From the NCBI GenBank assembly GCA_964016885.1, contig OZ024742.1, positions 82,708,001-82,772,000 of the forward strand: a stretch of 64,000 nt of DNA, in the 5' to 3' direction. Every line of letters begins with the position of its first letter. Within the stretch, counting starts at the first letter, position 1. Position numbers and translations under genes: made by a program. Of this stretch, positions 50,381 to 64,000 are shown piece after piece. This DNA is from Eledone cirrhosa (lineage: Eukaryota). The notes under the pieces were generated by a model, which saw only the letters and a list, made by a program, of their open reading frames with translations, had not been told where the DNA came from and did not search any database.

Positions 50381-50465
50381 TAATTGTTTCTACTTTAGGC
50401 ACAAGGCCAGCAATTAACCAGTGCATTACTGGTACTTTATTTTATCGACCCCGTAAGGATGAAAG
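50381..50465 (-). mobile_element. SINE 3' half
   Basis: Reverse complement of ctttcatccttacggggtcgataaaataaagtaccag...gtagaaacaatta. Confidence 0.85.
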
Positions 50466-51361
50466 ATAATGATGATAGATTATGATGGTGATGATGTTGA
50501 TCATCAACATCAGTATCATCATCATCATCAACATCTTGATAAACATAATCGTAAACATGGTCATCAAACGCATTACTTCCGAAGGAATTTATAACAGTTT
50601 GCCGGTTATTAAATACATTGTTTTTATATTTGTAAAGGACATGATTAATGCTGGTAATTTCTGATTAAGTTGAAATATATGAATGGTGTTCACTGAAATA
50701 AAAAAACATTTATGAAAAAGCTGTTTATGATTGGGTGGAGTGTGAGTTCTCTACATATATATAGGTGAGATATCGCTATTTAAATAGGTGTGGAGGTATA
50801 TTTGTAATTATCTAATATGTATTGCCCAAATACAGACGTAGATGAATGCATATATTCGTGTCAGTATATCTAATTTGTGTGTGCGTGTGTATATATGTGT
50901 GTAGGGCGTGAGCGCACATCTATGTATGTATGTATGTAATCCGTTTCACAATGAAAATGATTTTTTTAATATCAAGTCACGGAAGAAACAATATAGGAGA
51001 CTCTTTATTTAAAACAGAAGAGTCAACCGTCGTCGACTGTGAAAAGTCCATATATATAATTGGAGGAGGTTGCTCTGTTTTAATTTTTACCTTGCTGAAC
51101 AGACATTTGAACAAATATACTACATCCGTTTTCATGCGAATTTCCCTGAATACATACCATGTACATCCACTAGTTGAAGTTATGGTTTACTTTATTTACT
51201 TTATTGGTGAGAAGGAGATTTTCCCAACTGCTAAATACAGACAATCATTTATTTGTTCCTGTTAATTTTTCCTCTGATATCCACCCATGCACGATGTCTG
51301 CAGCTGTTCTATATCGTGGACTAATAGCATGGCAATTTTCTATGTAGCTACAAGCAAAAAT

Positions 51362-51423
<62 letters not shown>

Positions 51424-51622
51424 AGAGAGAGAGACACAACTATACAACAGCACTCACATGTATACAAGCACGTAAGCGCACTGAAACACAGACAACATAT
51501 GTACATATATCTATGCGGGAGTGTGCGTCTTTAAAGGTGTGAGGTGTTGCGCGGATGCCCGAGTGTATGTGCGAGCAGGTATGTACACATACACACACAT
51601 ATACACACGCACAACATACTTG

Positions 51623-51689
<67 letters not shown>

Positions 51690-51695
<6 letters not shown>

Positions 51696-52078
51696 TTGTG
51701 CATCCAGACAAAAGTTAGCATGTATCTGAGTGTATATATAAAGTAAGTAAGTATATACGTATGATGTAAGCTGTTCAATTTCTGAGGATTCGTATGCATA
51801 TATATATTTTCAGGCAAGATAACACGAATAATAATATAGCAGTTTAATGTCTTCTATCTATCTTTCATGAACTTTCACATTTTATTGTGTTCACAAACAA
51901 TACGTTTAATATTTCTGGTATTCTTTTACTATTTCTATTATTTTATATCTTACTGTTTTGCATTGATATGCTTAAGTCTTAAGCTTAGTCTTTGCTGTCT
52001 TCTTCAATATCTTTCGGTCCAAGCGATCTTTTATCAGAAATGGCTCATTATAATTAATATGTTAATATGCATAAAAAT
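51690..52078 (-). repeat. Inverted paralog of 31934-32330
   Basis: High identity on the opposite strand; same (TA)n and TAA/TTA flanks. Confidence 0.9.
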
Positions 52079-52088
52079 TATTATTATA

Positions 52089-52221
52089 ATCTGAGTTCAA
52101 ATCACGCCGAGGTTGAATTTGCCTTTTATCCATACGGGGTCGATAAAATAAAGTATCAGTAATGCACTGGGTATTTGTTGGCAATGAGCCTAAAGTAGAA
52201 ACAATTATTATTATTATTATT
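52089..52221 (+). mobile_element. 5'-truncated SINE with (ATT)n tail
   Basis: atctgagttcaaatc...gtagaaacaattattattattattatt. Confidence 0.85.
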
Positions 52222-55200
52222 GGCGACCTACGTAGGAAATCGTATCGTCGTGAGCTCCGCAAAGGTTTGTTGTTTTCAGTTGTTTCAAATGACCATTTAT
52301 GGAAACTTTTTGTTGTTAGGTATTTTGCTTTCGGAAAAGGACACTCAAAAAGATTGGGACGTTGAGGCCAAAATTTAAACATTTATAATTATCAAACAAA
52401 AAATTAGTTTGAAAAAAACATGGACGACTCACAGCTACACCAGGCTGAGAGCCTTCCTCACAAAGTAACATCTCACACCAACACCACCATTGTAACTATT
52501 ACTACGTTTGCCAACAGTAAAAATATAAACAGTAGCAATAATTTAAATTTGTCTCATGCAGACATTCATTTCCCGCCATTACCAATGACTGCAGGTGTTG
52601 AAGCCGCCACCCCCACTACCACCACAGTGACAACAGAAACAAAACAAAACAAAAATTATCTCGTGACATCGAAATGGATTCACCCAGAATCGACTCTTCC
52701 AGACCGAACACCACTGACGCCACCACCACCTCAACTGAAACTAAAAATAACAATAACAAAAATAACAATAACAACAACAGCAACAACAACAATGAGAATA
52801 ATAACACCGTGTCGTTTGCCAAAGCAGCCAAAAAATGCGATAAATCCAGGTAACACAGGAGGAATTAGATAAAGCCAAGAGAATGGTAAAGAAAGATGGG
52901 TACAGAGTCAGCCCCCCCCCCCCCCCACATACACACCTAATAAAATGGAGCATCGGCGCCTATGCACCGTGTCTTATCGGACGATTAACACAAAATCGCG
53001 CCTAGTGGAACGGGAATCCGAGTCCCAAATACAAAAAGCTTGGGGACATGTGTGGGCAAAAAAAACCCACATCAGACGTGGGCAGAAATATGGAACCGTG
53101 GACGTGTTCTTTGGAACACCACAGGAGGCTAGAGAGCATCGCATGGCCCCATTAAGAAGCGACGACTTGACACTCGTCCCAAGTAATTGTGGTCAGAGAC
53201 TCGTAAAGATCAGGATGAACCACGTTCCAGCTGCCATCGAAATTCCCTGGCTAATGGCTGCCGTCCTCGCCGGCATCGATACCAACACCAAAATAATCGA
53301 AATAGCAATAGAAAAGCAGGAGAACTGGTCCGGATCTGGGATGGCGCTCCTGATCCAAGCGGACCCAAAAAGCATTGAGGAGATCCCAAAGGTAATAGAC
53401 CTCACTGACGGCAGCCACCTCACCGTAATCGTCGAAGGTAGAACGCCTAGGTGTGTCGTTTGTGGGGAAGGAACCCAACTAAGGGCTTTCTGCCCTCAGG
53501 CTAAAAAATGAGGCCACCACTGTTACCTACCCCAGTGACTCAACCATCAACACCACCAGCAGCAGAAATGGCAGCAACAACTGTAGCAGCAACAACAGAA
53601 GCATCTTTAGCAGCAACAACCCCAGCTACAGTAGCAAAACCAACACCACCACTACCTATCGCGCCAGAACTAGCACCAGGGCCTACACCATCAACCACGC
53701 CACAACCAAAACCAACGCCTGTGGAGGATTCTCCACTCCCCGATCTATCGCAACTGGAGATAGATTGTGACGATGAAGAGTGGGAAACGGTATCAGGAAA
53801 AAAAAAAAAAGAAAACGAAGCGAAAAAAGAAAAAATCCCCTTCCTTCCCCCTCCAAAAATATACAGAGGGAAATATATAAACTATCAAACAAAAAAGTTA
53901 GAAGAGCTGTGCCACCATCCACACCAGCATCACCAACCCCATCACCACAAACACCAACACCATCACCATCATTAACCCCAACACCACCATCACCAACACC
54001 ACAAAAGCCACCAAAAAGCGAAACAGAAACAAACCCACAACAAACGCAAACAAAACAAAACATCCAAAACGATACACACTGCGCAGCATTAAATTTGAGC
54101 AACAAACAATTATTACACTACATCCAACACAACACCAGCATCACAGAAAAAGACTACACAACACCCCAAAAGTCCACACCACCTCCAGACATACAAATCA
54201 TTCTCATCACACAGAAAACGTACACGGCACTAAAAAGAAAATTCCCCAAAGACATCGAAGACTTCCGACAAGCACTCTCCAGGAGGATTTGAAAGGAAAT
54301 CCTTCCGGAGGAGGCCACAAGCGGTGAAAAGGATGGAGAAACCATACTTCCTCTACGAGAAGAAAGGTAAATGGTCATTCCCATCTTTTCCACTCCATTT
54401 CAACATCATCTCACTCAGAACAGGCACCATAAATGAGCGTGGATTGGGGTCGGCATGGAAGCAGGGCCACCTGCTCAACGACCTCAAGTCACTAAACATA
54501 GATGTAGTCGCCATCAGCCCAGATCAGAATCTCCGAAGAACGGGCCTTCGCACCGATGCTCGGCGGCTACGATGTGTATGCATGTCCCAGCCGTCCTGGA
54601 TCGTGGGGAGGAGTTACTGTGCATTTTCGGAGAGGTTTGGATCTCGACATACGGGCCATCTTCCTGGAGCCAGAAGGTAAGTTGGTGGTGCTGGACGTGA
54701 CCAGCGGAGACGGGCAAGCTTTCAGGCTAGTGGGCGTCTATGCTCCGACAGGAGCAGGGCGGCCTGATTTTTTCCGGCGTCTGGAGACCTTTCTTGGAAC
54801 GTCCAGCTCTTTAGTGTTAGTGGGCGACTGGAATGGGATCTTAGATGCACGCTGGGACTGTGTGGGATTAGCGGATAGGGGAAGAGGGTGCAAGAATCTC
54901 ACCGTTTTGAACTGTCTGACCGGTACCGATTGGATTTTCCGAATGTGCCAATATGGACGTGGACAAACCGTATCGGGTCATCCAGATCATATCTAGATAG
55001 AGTACTATGAAGAGAAATAGATAGATCTAGCATAGGCTGTCCACAATTCAAGATAGTCAGCTACACGGACCACAAATTTGTGATTTGGGTCCTTTACTTA
55101 GATAGGCTTCATAGACGAGGACCCGGCTACTGGAAGCTAAACGCGTCCTTTCCAGCGCGCAAAGCCTAGAGAGACCGGCTTAGCGAACTAGTTAAGCGGG

Positions 55201-58053
55201 CATTGACGGGGGCCATCGTCAACAACAAGTTATGGTTTGCTCTGAAAAGAGCGATTAGAATAGAATCGATTAGGTTTAGTAAGGCTTTAGCAATAGAGAA
55301 AAATAGAGCAGAGGGAGAACTAGTTAGAAATTTAGACGAGGCGCTTAGCAAAGGCATTGCGACCCACGTGCTAGCGGCGAAATTGGCCCTTGACCAATTC
55401 TTCAATGCAAAGCACGAAGGCTGCGTTGTCAGAGCTAGGGTGCGTGCTCTCAGACACGAGGGGACGAAAGCCGTTCAATGGGCCCGAGTGGCGGAGGCGT
55501 GTCGTGGCAACAAAGCCACGATCCGGTCTTTGGTGGACCACGAAGGGCGCATGCTACTCGATCCCGGGCAAATGTGTGAAGCTTTTCAGCGACACTTCAC
55601 TCAGCTGTTCGGGAGCAGCGGTGGGGCGGGTCGAGGGATGGACTTTAGTGTCTACCTCGACGGACTGCCGCGGCTCTCGACCACTGAGGCGGAGTGTTGC
55701 GAAAAGCCGATAACAGCCGCTGAAGTAAGGGAGGCAATGACTGGCTGCACAAGGGGTAAATCGCCTGGTTTGGATGGTCTGCCCTATGAACTTTACGTAC
55801 AGATGCCAGATTGTTCAGTGGCCTCTTGGCGGACGTCTACTGCAACTGGCAACAGAACGGGAGAATTCCCTGTTCTATGAGCCGAGGCGCGGTGGCACCG
55901 CTGAAAAAGGATCCGAACAAGGAGGATAACAGATGATTTCAGGCCCATAACTCTGCTAAACACAGAGTTCAAGATTTTGGCCAAGGTGCTAGCAAAGAGG
56001 TAGGCGCTTGTCGTTGGTGGTCTGGTAGGAGAGGCGCAGACATGCGCCATTCCCGACAGATCCATCCAGGACAACCTCCACCTCATGCGATACATCGGAG
56101 AGAGGGTAGCTAGGGTATCTGGCACTGGTGGGTCCTTGATCAATTTAGATCAGTCGAAAGCTTTCGATAGGGTCGACCATCGTTACCTAGCGGCAGTCCT
56201 GTGGGCGGCTGGCTTTGGGCCCGTCTTCAGAGGCTGGATCTCTGCCTTGCACAGCGACATCTGCTCTGTGGTGAGAGTGAACGGTCACCTTTCGGAACCG
56301 TTCAACATCATGCGCTCGGTCCGCCAAGGATGTCCCCTCTCGTCCCTCTTGTACGTATTGACTCTCGAGCCATACTGCACCAGCTGGAGGCGTTGAGGGG
56401 CGTCCCGCGCGAACTAGGATGCGGAAGAACCGTGTCAGCATATGCGGACGATGTCACCGTAGTCGTGTCGAACGCCAAACACATCGAGGCAATCGGCACT
56501 AGACTAAGAGAATACGAAGCGGTGACAGGAGCAATGATCAACCAGGAAAAGTCAGTGGGCCTGCAGCTCGGCACATGGAGAGGCAGGTCCATGCCGTCCA
56601 ACAGCGTCGTCGGACGTTGGGCGGACGGACCGGTTAAATTGCTAGGGGTCTGGTTCGGTCCGGACCTCCAGACAGACAAAAACTGGGACGGGTGACGAAC
56701 AGGATGGCTTCTCTCACCCAGAAATGGGCGGAGAGGAAGCTATCCCTGAAAGGTCAAGCGGAGGTGACTAACGCGTACATCGCATCTGTCATCTGCTACC
56801 GTCTGACCGTCGTACCTTGTCCTAAGCCTCGCCGGACTGCGCTGGAGCGTTTGCTCTTTCGCTTTTTGTGGAAGGGACGCGCTCCGATGGTCAGGCGGTC
56901 TATCTGTTGTCAACATCCGCTACGTGGAGGGCTTGGCATGCCGTGGCTGATGATGCGCAGTCACGCGCTCAGGCTACAACATCTCCACCTCTTCCTCGAC
57001 GGTGATCAGGTGTGGTTGACGTTTGCTAGACACATATTTTCCCAGCTCGTTTCCTTGACGGAGCTGCAGTCCTGGGTCAAGCGAAGACCGAGAGGAGCGC
57101 CTGGAGACTGTAATGTCTTCAGGCGCTCACAGCCCTCGACCAATAGGGCAATGTGATCGGTGGAAACTCCACCTCGGCGTTCTATAGAGGATTAGTGGAG
57201 GAGAAGAGCGACGACGTACTTGGGGAAAATCTAGGCGTCGACGATAATCAACTAGCCAATCTCTTCGGAAGAACTTTCGGGCCAGGGTTATGGACAACTT
57301 CCAGAAATCTCTGACCTGGCAGTGCTACCGAAGAGCCTTGCTAGTTCGGGATTAACTCTACAGGCATGGAGGTGCCGTCAGCCGGATATGCCCGAGATGC
57401 GCACAGGGCGACGAAACCGTCCTGCGCGCACTCGTACAGTGTCCGAAAATTGCTGGCTTGTGGGTTTATGTCGAACACCTGCTGTCGCGTGTAGGACGGA
57501 TCCGGCTATCATGTGAGTCCATCGTGAGGATTGCCTCGCCCTCCTCCTTTAGCCGGGAAGGGCAGGAAGTTTTTATCTGTCTGGTGGCCATGGCGAAAGA
57601 GATAGTATGGTGGATACGTTTGAAAGGGCTGAAGACGAGCACTTACCTCTTTGGTGATGCCCTGATTGACTTTTTCAAATTTCATTTGAAAAGAAAAATC
57701 AGAGTAGAGAGGGAAGTGCTCTCTTCCCAGCATTTTGTTGAAAGATGGGTGAGAGAAGCAAGAATGACCCGAGTGAATGGGCCTACTCTGAGTATATATC
57801 TGTAAATTAAAGGTGGAAAACTGGAGAGGGCACTTGCCTTGGTGGTCAGGGTCACTGTGGCCTTTTAATGGGCTTTCTCCACAAATGTCCCTCCGAAGTC
57901 TCCCCCTATTTGGGAAATTTTTCATTGTTATTTTTTGTTACATCCTCTGTTTTTGTTTATTTACACGCAGAAATGCCCATTTGTACCGTACTGTATTGTC
58001 CTGCACTGTCCTTAATAACTACTTTATGTAAACCCTTGTGGTTAATAAAGAAA

Positions 58054-58055
<2 letters not shown>
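52222..58055 (+). mobile_element. Tx1-clade element copy 3, full-length, with a divergent 5' UTR/ORF1
   Basis: ORF1 from 52420 (VSFAKAAK; LCTVSYRTINTKSR; RCVVCG) only protein-level similar to the other copies; ORF2 ~54405-57805 near-identical to them; AATAAA + (TTA)n tail. Confidence 0.92.
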
Positions 58056-58097
<42 letters not shown>

Positions 58098-61000
58098 GAA
58101 TGCTATGGTTGACGGAGGCTCGGCTCTGTAAGGTATTTTAAATTTTGACCGCTATAACAATTGTAAATTGTTTAAAACTTTAACCAACTTGTAGACAAAA
58201 ATAACCTCCTCCTCGTGTGAGGGGTCTTTCTGCCCGTTATTTGGCCCTTCGGGGTTACATAACCGCTTATTGGGGTTTTGTGCCCAATATTTATTTTAAA
58301 CAAAAAAAAAACATGGCTACGAAAAAGAATTTTCATAGGTCACTCCCACTCATTCCGTCTTCTTCTCCCTCAATCGTCACTACAGCAGAGAGAAGATTGT
58401 CTCTCTGACTCCCTTCTCTAAATGTGTCTCTCTCCCTCCCTTCTCTTTCGCAAGCGACGCCAGAAAAGAAAAATCACGTGCAAAGAGAGCAAGATTTATC
58501 CACGACGACGACAACGACGAAAAAGGTGCGCGGGAAAATACTAAAACCCATTTCATTCGTCTGACGTCACGAATAATAGCAGTAGCAGCCGTAATAACAG
58601 CAGCAGCAGCAACAGTGACAAGGAAAACAACAGTAGCAGCCGCAACAGCATCAGCAGCAGCATAAACAACAACAGCATTAGCAGCAACAACACCAGCAGC
58701 AGCAGCAACAACAACAACAACCACGGCAACAGCGGCGGCGGCAGTAGTCGTAGTACCTGCAGCAACAACAAAAGTAACAGCAGCTCTGACGACAACAACA
58801 ACAACAACAGCAGCAAAGAAAAACCAATCTCGTTTGCAGGTATCGCAAATAACCTGGAAACCATCCTCATAACAAATGAGGAATTAGAGGAGGCGAACGA
58901 GATGGTGATAAAAACTGGACACCGAGCAATCTGCAAGGCAGCCGAAACATTTTTCGAAACCCGACAGCACTGTACGGTCACGTACCGTACAGTAAGTACA
59001 AATCCCGTAGGGTTGAAAGAGCCACAGAGGCTCAAATACAAAAAGCTTTGGGGTCTGTGTGGCAGCGGAAAACGCACATCACCCGAGGCAAGAAATATGC
59101 CACCGTAGACGTACTTTTTGCCACACCCCAGGAGGGAAAGGCTCAATCCTTAGTTACCCTGAGGAGCGAGGAAATGGTGTTGGTGCCCTCCTACTGCGGG
59201 CAAAAAATTGTGAGGGTCAAACTGACCCCCCCCCCCGGGTTGGCCCCTTCTTGGCTGGCCTCGTCTGTCCTCGTCGGAATCGAGGATAAAACAACTGTAC
59301 TGCAAGTACAGAAAAAAGTAAGAAAAGATTGGGTCGGCACCTCCATTGAGATGTTAATCGAAACCAACCAGGAGTGCATCGAAGCTATCCCGGATGTGAT
59401 AGTCTTCGATAACGTCACTCAACTGCCCATAAGTGTTGAGGGCAAACGCCCGAAATGCTTTCGCTATGTATCGAAGACTCACCTCAGGGCCTTCTGCAAC
59501 GAGAAGACCCTGAAAAGGAAAATAAAAACCCTCCTTTCGAAACCGGCTCCACGGCTACCAGCAACAGGACAAGCGGCAACCAGGAACGATAGGTCCGTGG
59601 CACCCATACCCACGCCACGGAAATCAAAAACAGCAGCAGCAGTGGAAGTATTAACAACAACAACAGCAATACCAAATGCAGCTGCAACAGTGACTCCAGT
59701 GCAAACATCACCAAAAACAACAAGTGAAAGAGTGGAGCTGGTACCCCTCCCCGACCTCACAGAATCAGACATGGAGTGTGAGGTGGGAGAGGGATGGCAA
59801 AAGGTCGTAAGAAGGCACAAACGCAGAAGCAGCGCATCGTCGCCTTCGAAAAGGGAGGAAAGAAATGAAAAAAGGGTAAAGGCTACTGCAAAGAGACTCA
59901 CAGCAGCAACACCACCAACACCATCACCACTCACACTAGCACCACCATCACCACCGGCGACAACCCCACCGCCAACAACAACAACACCTTTAATACCACC
60001 ACCACAAGCACCAACATCGCAAACACAACAACAAAACACACACACCCAGCAACATACAAGAAAATAGCAGAACCACACCCCACCCCCAGAAAAACAAATG
60101 CACGGCAATAAATACACACAACAAGAAACTAATGACTTACATAATTGAACACACAGACATTTCACAACACGACTACATAATACCAGCACCAATCAAAACG
60201 CCAACCAACATAAGACTGCTAAAAATAGCACAGAAACAATACACAAACATTAAAACGAAATTTCCCAACGCAGTTGGTGATTTCAGAGACCTAGGAGGGA
60301 ATCTCAACCGAAGAGTATATTCGGACATACTCATAGAAGAGCCGACGACCGGCCAAAGGGACGATTCAACGGTCCCTTCACCAGACGATCAAGTGAAAAG
60401 GGATGGGAAAACCATCCCTCCTCTACGAAAAGTACGGTAAGTGGTCTTTCCCATCTTTTCCACTCTATTTTAAACATGACCTCACTCATGATAGGCAGCA
60501 TAAATGCGCGTGGCTTGAGGTCGTCATCGAAGCAAGGTCGCTGCTCAACGACCTCAGGTCACTAAACATAGATGTAGTCGCCATCAGCGAGACCAGAATC
60601 TCCGAAGCACGGGCCTTCGCACCGATCTTCGGCGGCTACGATGTGTACGCACCGATCTTCGGCGGCTACGATGTGTACGCATCTCCCAGCCGTCCGGGAT
60701 TGGGGGAAAGGAGTTGCGGTGCTTTTTCGGAGAGGTTTGGATCTCGCCATAAGGGCCATCTTCCTGGACCCAGAGGGTAAGTTAGTGGTGCTGGACGTGA
60801 CCAGCGGAGACGGGCAAGCTTTCAGGCTAGTGGCCATCTATTCCCCGACAGGAGCAGGGCGTCCTGATTTCTTCCGGCGTCTGGAGACCTTTCTTGGAAC
60901 GTCCCGCTCTTTAGTGTTAGTGGGCGACTGGAACGGGATCTTAGATGCACGCTGGGACTGTGTGGGATTAGCGGATAGGGGTGGGGGGTGCAAGAGCCTC

Positions 61001-63345
61001 ACGAACAGGCTCAGGCGTTTTGAACTGTCTGACAGGTACCGATTGGATTTCCCGAATGTGCCAATGTGGACTTGGACAAATCGCATAGGGTCATCCAGAT
61101 CATATCTAGATAGAGTATTTTGTAGGGAAATAGATAGGTCTAGCATAGGCTGTCCACAATTCAAGATAGTCAGCTACACGGACCACAAATTCGTGATCTG
61201 TGTGCTTGACTTATATAGGCTTCATAGATGAGGACCCGGCCACTGGAAGCTAAACGCGTCCTTACCAGCGCTCAAGGCCTACAGAGACCGGATTAGCAAA
61301 CTAGTTAAGCGGGCGTTAAGGGGGGCCATCGTCAACAACAACTGGTGGTTTGCTCTGAAAAGAGTGATTAGAATATAATCCATTAGGTTTAGTAAGGCTT
61401 TAGCAATAGAGAAAAATAGAGCAGAGGGAGAAGTAGTTAGACAATTTGACGTGGCGCTTAGCAAAGGCATTGCGACCGACGTGCTTGCGGCGAAATTGGC
61501 CCTTGACCAATTCTTCAATGCAAAGCTCGAAGGCTGCGTTGTTAGAGATAGGGTGCATACTCTCAGACACGAGGTTACGAAAGCCGGTCAATGGGCCCGA
61601 GTGGCGGAGGCGCGTCGTGGCAACAAAGCCACGATCCGGTCTTTGGTGGACCACGACGGGCGCATGCTACTCGATCCCAGGCAAATGTGTGAAGCTTTTC
61701 AGCGACAATTCGCTCAGCTGTTCGGGGGAAGCGGTGGGCCGGGGCGAAGGATGGACTTTAGTGTCTACCTCGACGGACTGCCGCGGCTCTCGGCCACTGA
61801 GGCGGAGTGTTGCGAAAAGCCGATAACAGCCGCTGAAGTAAGGGACGCAGTGACTGGCTGCACAGGGGGTAAATCGCCTGGTTTGGATGGTCTGCCCTAT
61901 GAACTTTACGTACTACGCCAGACTTGTTCGGAGGCCTCTTGGCGGACGTCTACTGCAACTGGCAACAGAACGGGAGAATTTCCAGTTCTGTGAGCCGAGG
62001 AGCGGTGGCACTGCCGAGAAAGGATCCGAACAAGGGGGATAACATAGATAATTTCAGGCCCATAACTCTGCTAAACACAGAGTTCAAGATTTTGGCCAAG
62101 GTGCTAGCAAAGAGGCTGGAGCGTTTGCTTTTTCGCTTTTTGTGGAAGGGACGCGCTCCGATGGTCAGGCGGTCCATATGCTGTCAACACCCACTACGTG
62201 GAGGGCTGGGAATGCCGTGGCTGATGATTGCAGACACGCGCTCAGGCTACGACATCTCCACCTCTCGCTCGACGGTGATCAGGTGAGATCGCCGTTTGCT
62301 AGACACGTATTTCCCCAGCTCGTTTCCTTGACGGAGCTGTAGTCCTGGGTCAAGCGAAGACCGAGAGGGAGCGCCTGCAATCTGGAATGTCTTCAGGCGC
62401 TCACAGCCCTCGACCAATAGGGAAATGTGATCGGTGGAAACTCCACCTCGGCGTTCTATAGAGGATTAGAGGAGGGGAAGAGCGACGACGTACTTGGGGA
62501 AACTCTAGGCGTCGACGAAAATCAACTAGACAATCTCTTCGGAAGAACTTTCGGGCCTGGACCTATGGACAACTTCCAGAAATCTCTGGCCTGGCAGTGC
62601 TACCGAGGTGCCTTGCCAGTTCGGGATAAACTCTACAGGCATGGAGGTGCCGTCAGCCGGGCATGTCCGAGATGCGCGCAGGGCGACGAAACCGTCCTGC
62701 ACGCACTCGTCCAGTGTCCGAAAATTGCTGACGTGTGGGTTTATGTCGAACACCTGCTGTCGCGTGTAGAACGGATCCGGCTATCATCTGAGTCCATCGT
62801 GCGGATTGCCCCCCCCCCCCCTCTTCCTTTAGCCGGGAAGGGCAGGCAGTTTTTATCTGTCTGGTGGCCATGGCGTAGAGATAGTATGGTGGACACGTTT
62901 GAAAGGGCTGAAGACGAGCACTCACCTCTTCGGTGATGCCCTGATTAACTTTTTCAAATTTCATTTGAAAAGGAAAATCAGGGTAGAGAGGGAAGTGCTC
63001 TCTTCCCAGCATTTTGTTGAAAGATGGGTGAGAGAAGCAAGAATGGCCCGAGTGAATGGGCCGACTCTGAGTATATATCTGTAAACTAAAGGTGGAAAAC
63101 TGGGAGAGGGCACTTGCCTTGGTGGTCAGGGTCGTTGTGGCTTTTTACTGGGCTTTCTCCACAAATGTCCCTCCGAAGTCTCCCCCCTATTGGGGAATTT
63201 TTCATTGTTATTTTCATTGTTATTTTTGTTACATCCTCTGTTTTTGTTTTTTTTACACGCAGAAATGCCCATTTGTACCGTCCTGCATTGTTCTGCACTG
63301 TCCTTAATGTCTACTTTATGTAAACCCTTGTGGTTAATAAAGAAA

Positions 63346-63347
<2 letters not shown>
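58098..63347 (+). mobile_element. Tx1-clade element copy 4, RT core deleted
   Basis: Same 5' end as copies 1 and 2; junction KVLAKR|LERLLF near 62115; 30-bp duplication at ~60619-60678; (TTA)n at both ends. Confidence 0.94.
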
Positions 63348-63384
<37 letters not shown>

Positions 63385-64000
63385 GTCTCACCCAGAAATG
63401 GGCGGAGAGGAAGCTATCCCTGAAAGGTCGAGCCGAGGTGGCTAACGCGTACATCGCGTCTGTCATCTGCTACCGCCTAACCGTCGTACCTTGTCCTAAG
63501 CCTCGCCTGACTGCGCTGGAGCGTTTGCTCTTTCGCTTTTTGTGGAAGGGACGTGCTCCGATGGTCAGGCGGTCCATCTGTTGTCAACACCCGCTACGTG
63601 GAGGGCTGGGCATGCCGTGGCTGATGATGCGCAGGCACGCGCTCAGGCTACGACATCTCCACCTCTTCCTCGACGGTGATCAGGTGTGGTCGCCGTTTGC
63701 TAGACGCGTTTTTCCCCAGCTCGTTTCCTTGACGGAGCTGCAGTCCTGGGTCAAGCGAAGACCGAGAGGGAGCGCCTGGAGACTGGAATGTCTTCAGGCG
63801 CTCACAGCCCTCGACCAATCGGGCAATGTGATCGGTGGAAACTCCACCTCGGCGTTCTATAGAGGATTAGTGGAGGGGAAGAGCGACGACGTACTTGGGG
63901 AAACTCTAGGCGTCGACGAAAATCAACTAGCCAATCTCTTCGGAAGAACTTTCGGGCCAGGGCCTATGGACAACTTCCAGAAATCTCTGGCCTGGCAGTG
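63385..64000 (+). mobile_element. Tx1-clade element copy 5, 5'-truncated, runs off the window
   Basis: Starts directly after (TTA)n with LTQKWAERKLSLKGRAEVANAYIASVICYRL; frame appears open to the window end. Confidence 0.92.

Noticed and set aside
58200-58290. TCCTCGT in the Tx1 5' UTR as an HDV-like ribozyme L3
   Set aside because: No P1/P2/P3 pseudoknot partners or J4/2 were found; it folds as a simple hairpin and the motif differs in copy 1.

Overview
AT-rich, microsatellite-rich animal genomic DNA. The repeat landscape is reminiscent of a cephalopod or other mollusc, but that is inference only. No host gene can be supported; the window is mostly nested retroelements. (1) At least six copies or fragments of a Tx1/L1-clade LINE (ORF1 with CCHC knuckle; ORF2 APE endonuclease plus RT) sit head-to-tail in (TTA)n. 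(2) Two families of R4/Dong-clade LINEs (RT + CCHC + PD-(D/E)xK endonuclease) are arrayed head-to-tail in (TAA)n, the opposite strand of the same microsatellite. (3) Penelope-like elements (RT + GIY-YIG) end in (TA)n. (4) There are also tRNA-derived SINEs, fold-back or MITE-like elements and an inverted ~400 bp duplication. The least obvious layer is RNA: about nine type I hammerhead ribozyme (HHR) motifs were read by eye. They include a 429-bp tandem repeat with one minimal HHR per unit (retrozyme-like, predicted to give a circular RNA) and a Penelope-terminal HHR whose stem II is expanded to ~100 nt with compensatory changes across three copies. Most of these HHRs have a non-canonical base of stem II. 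All structures are manual readings and are not computed or tested.
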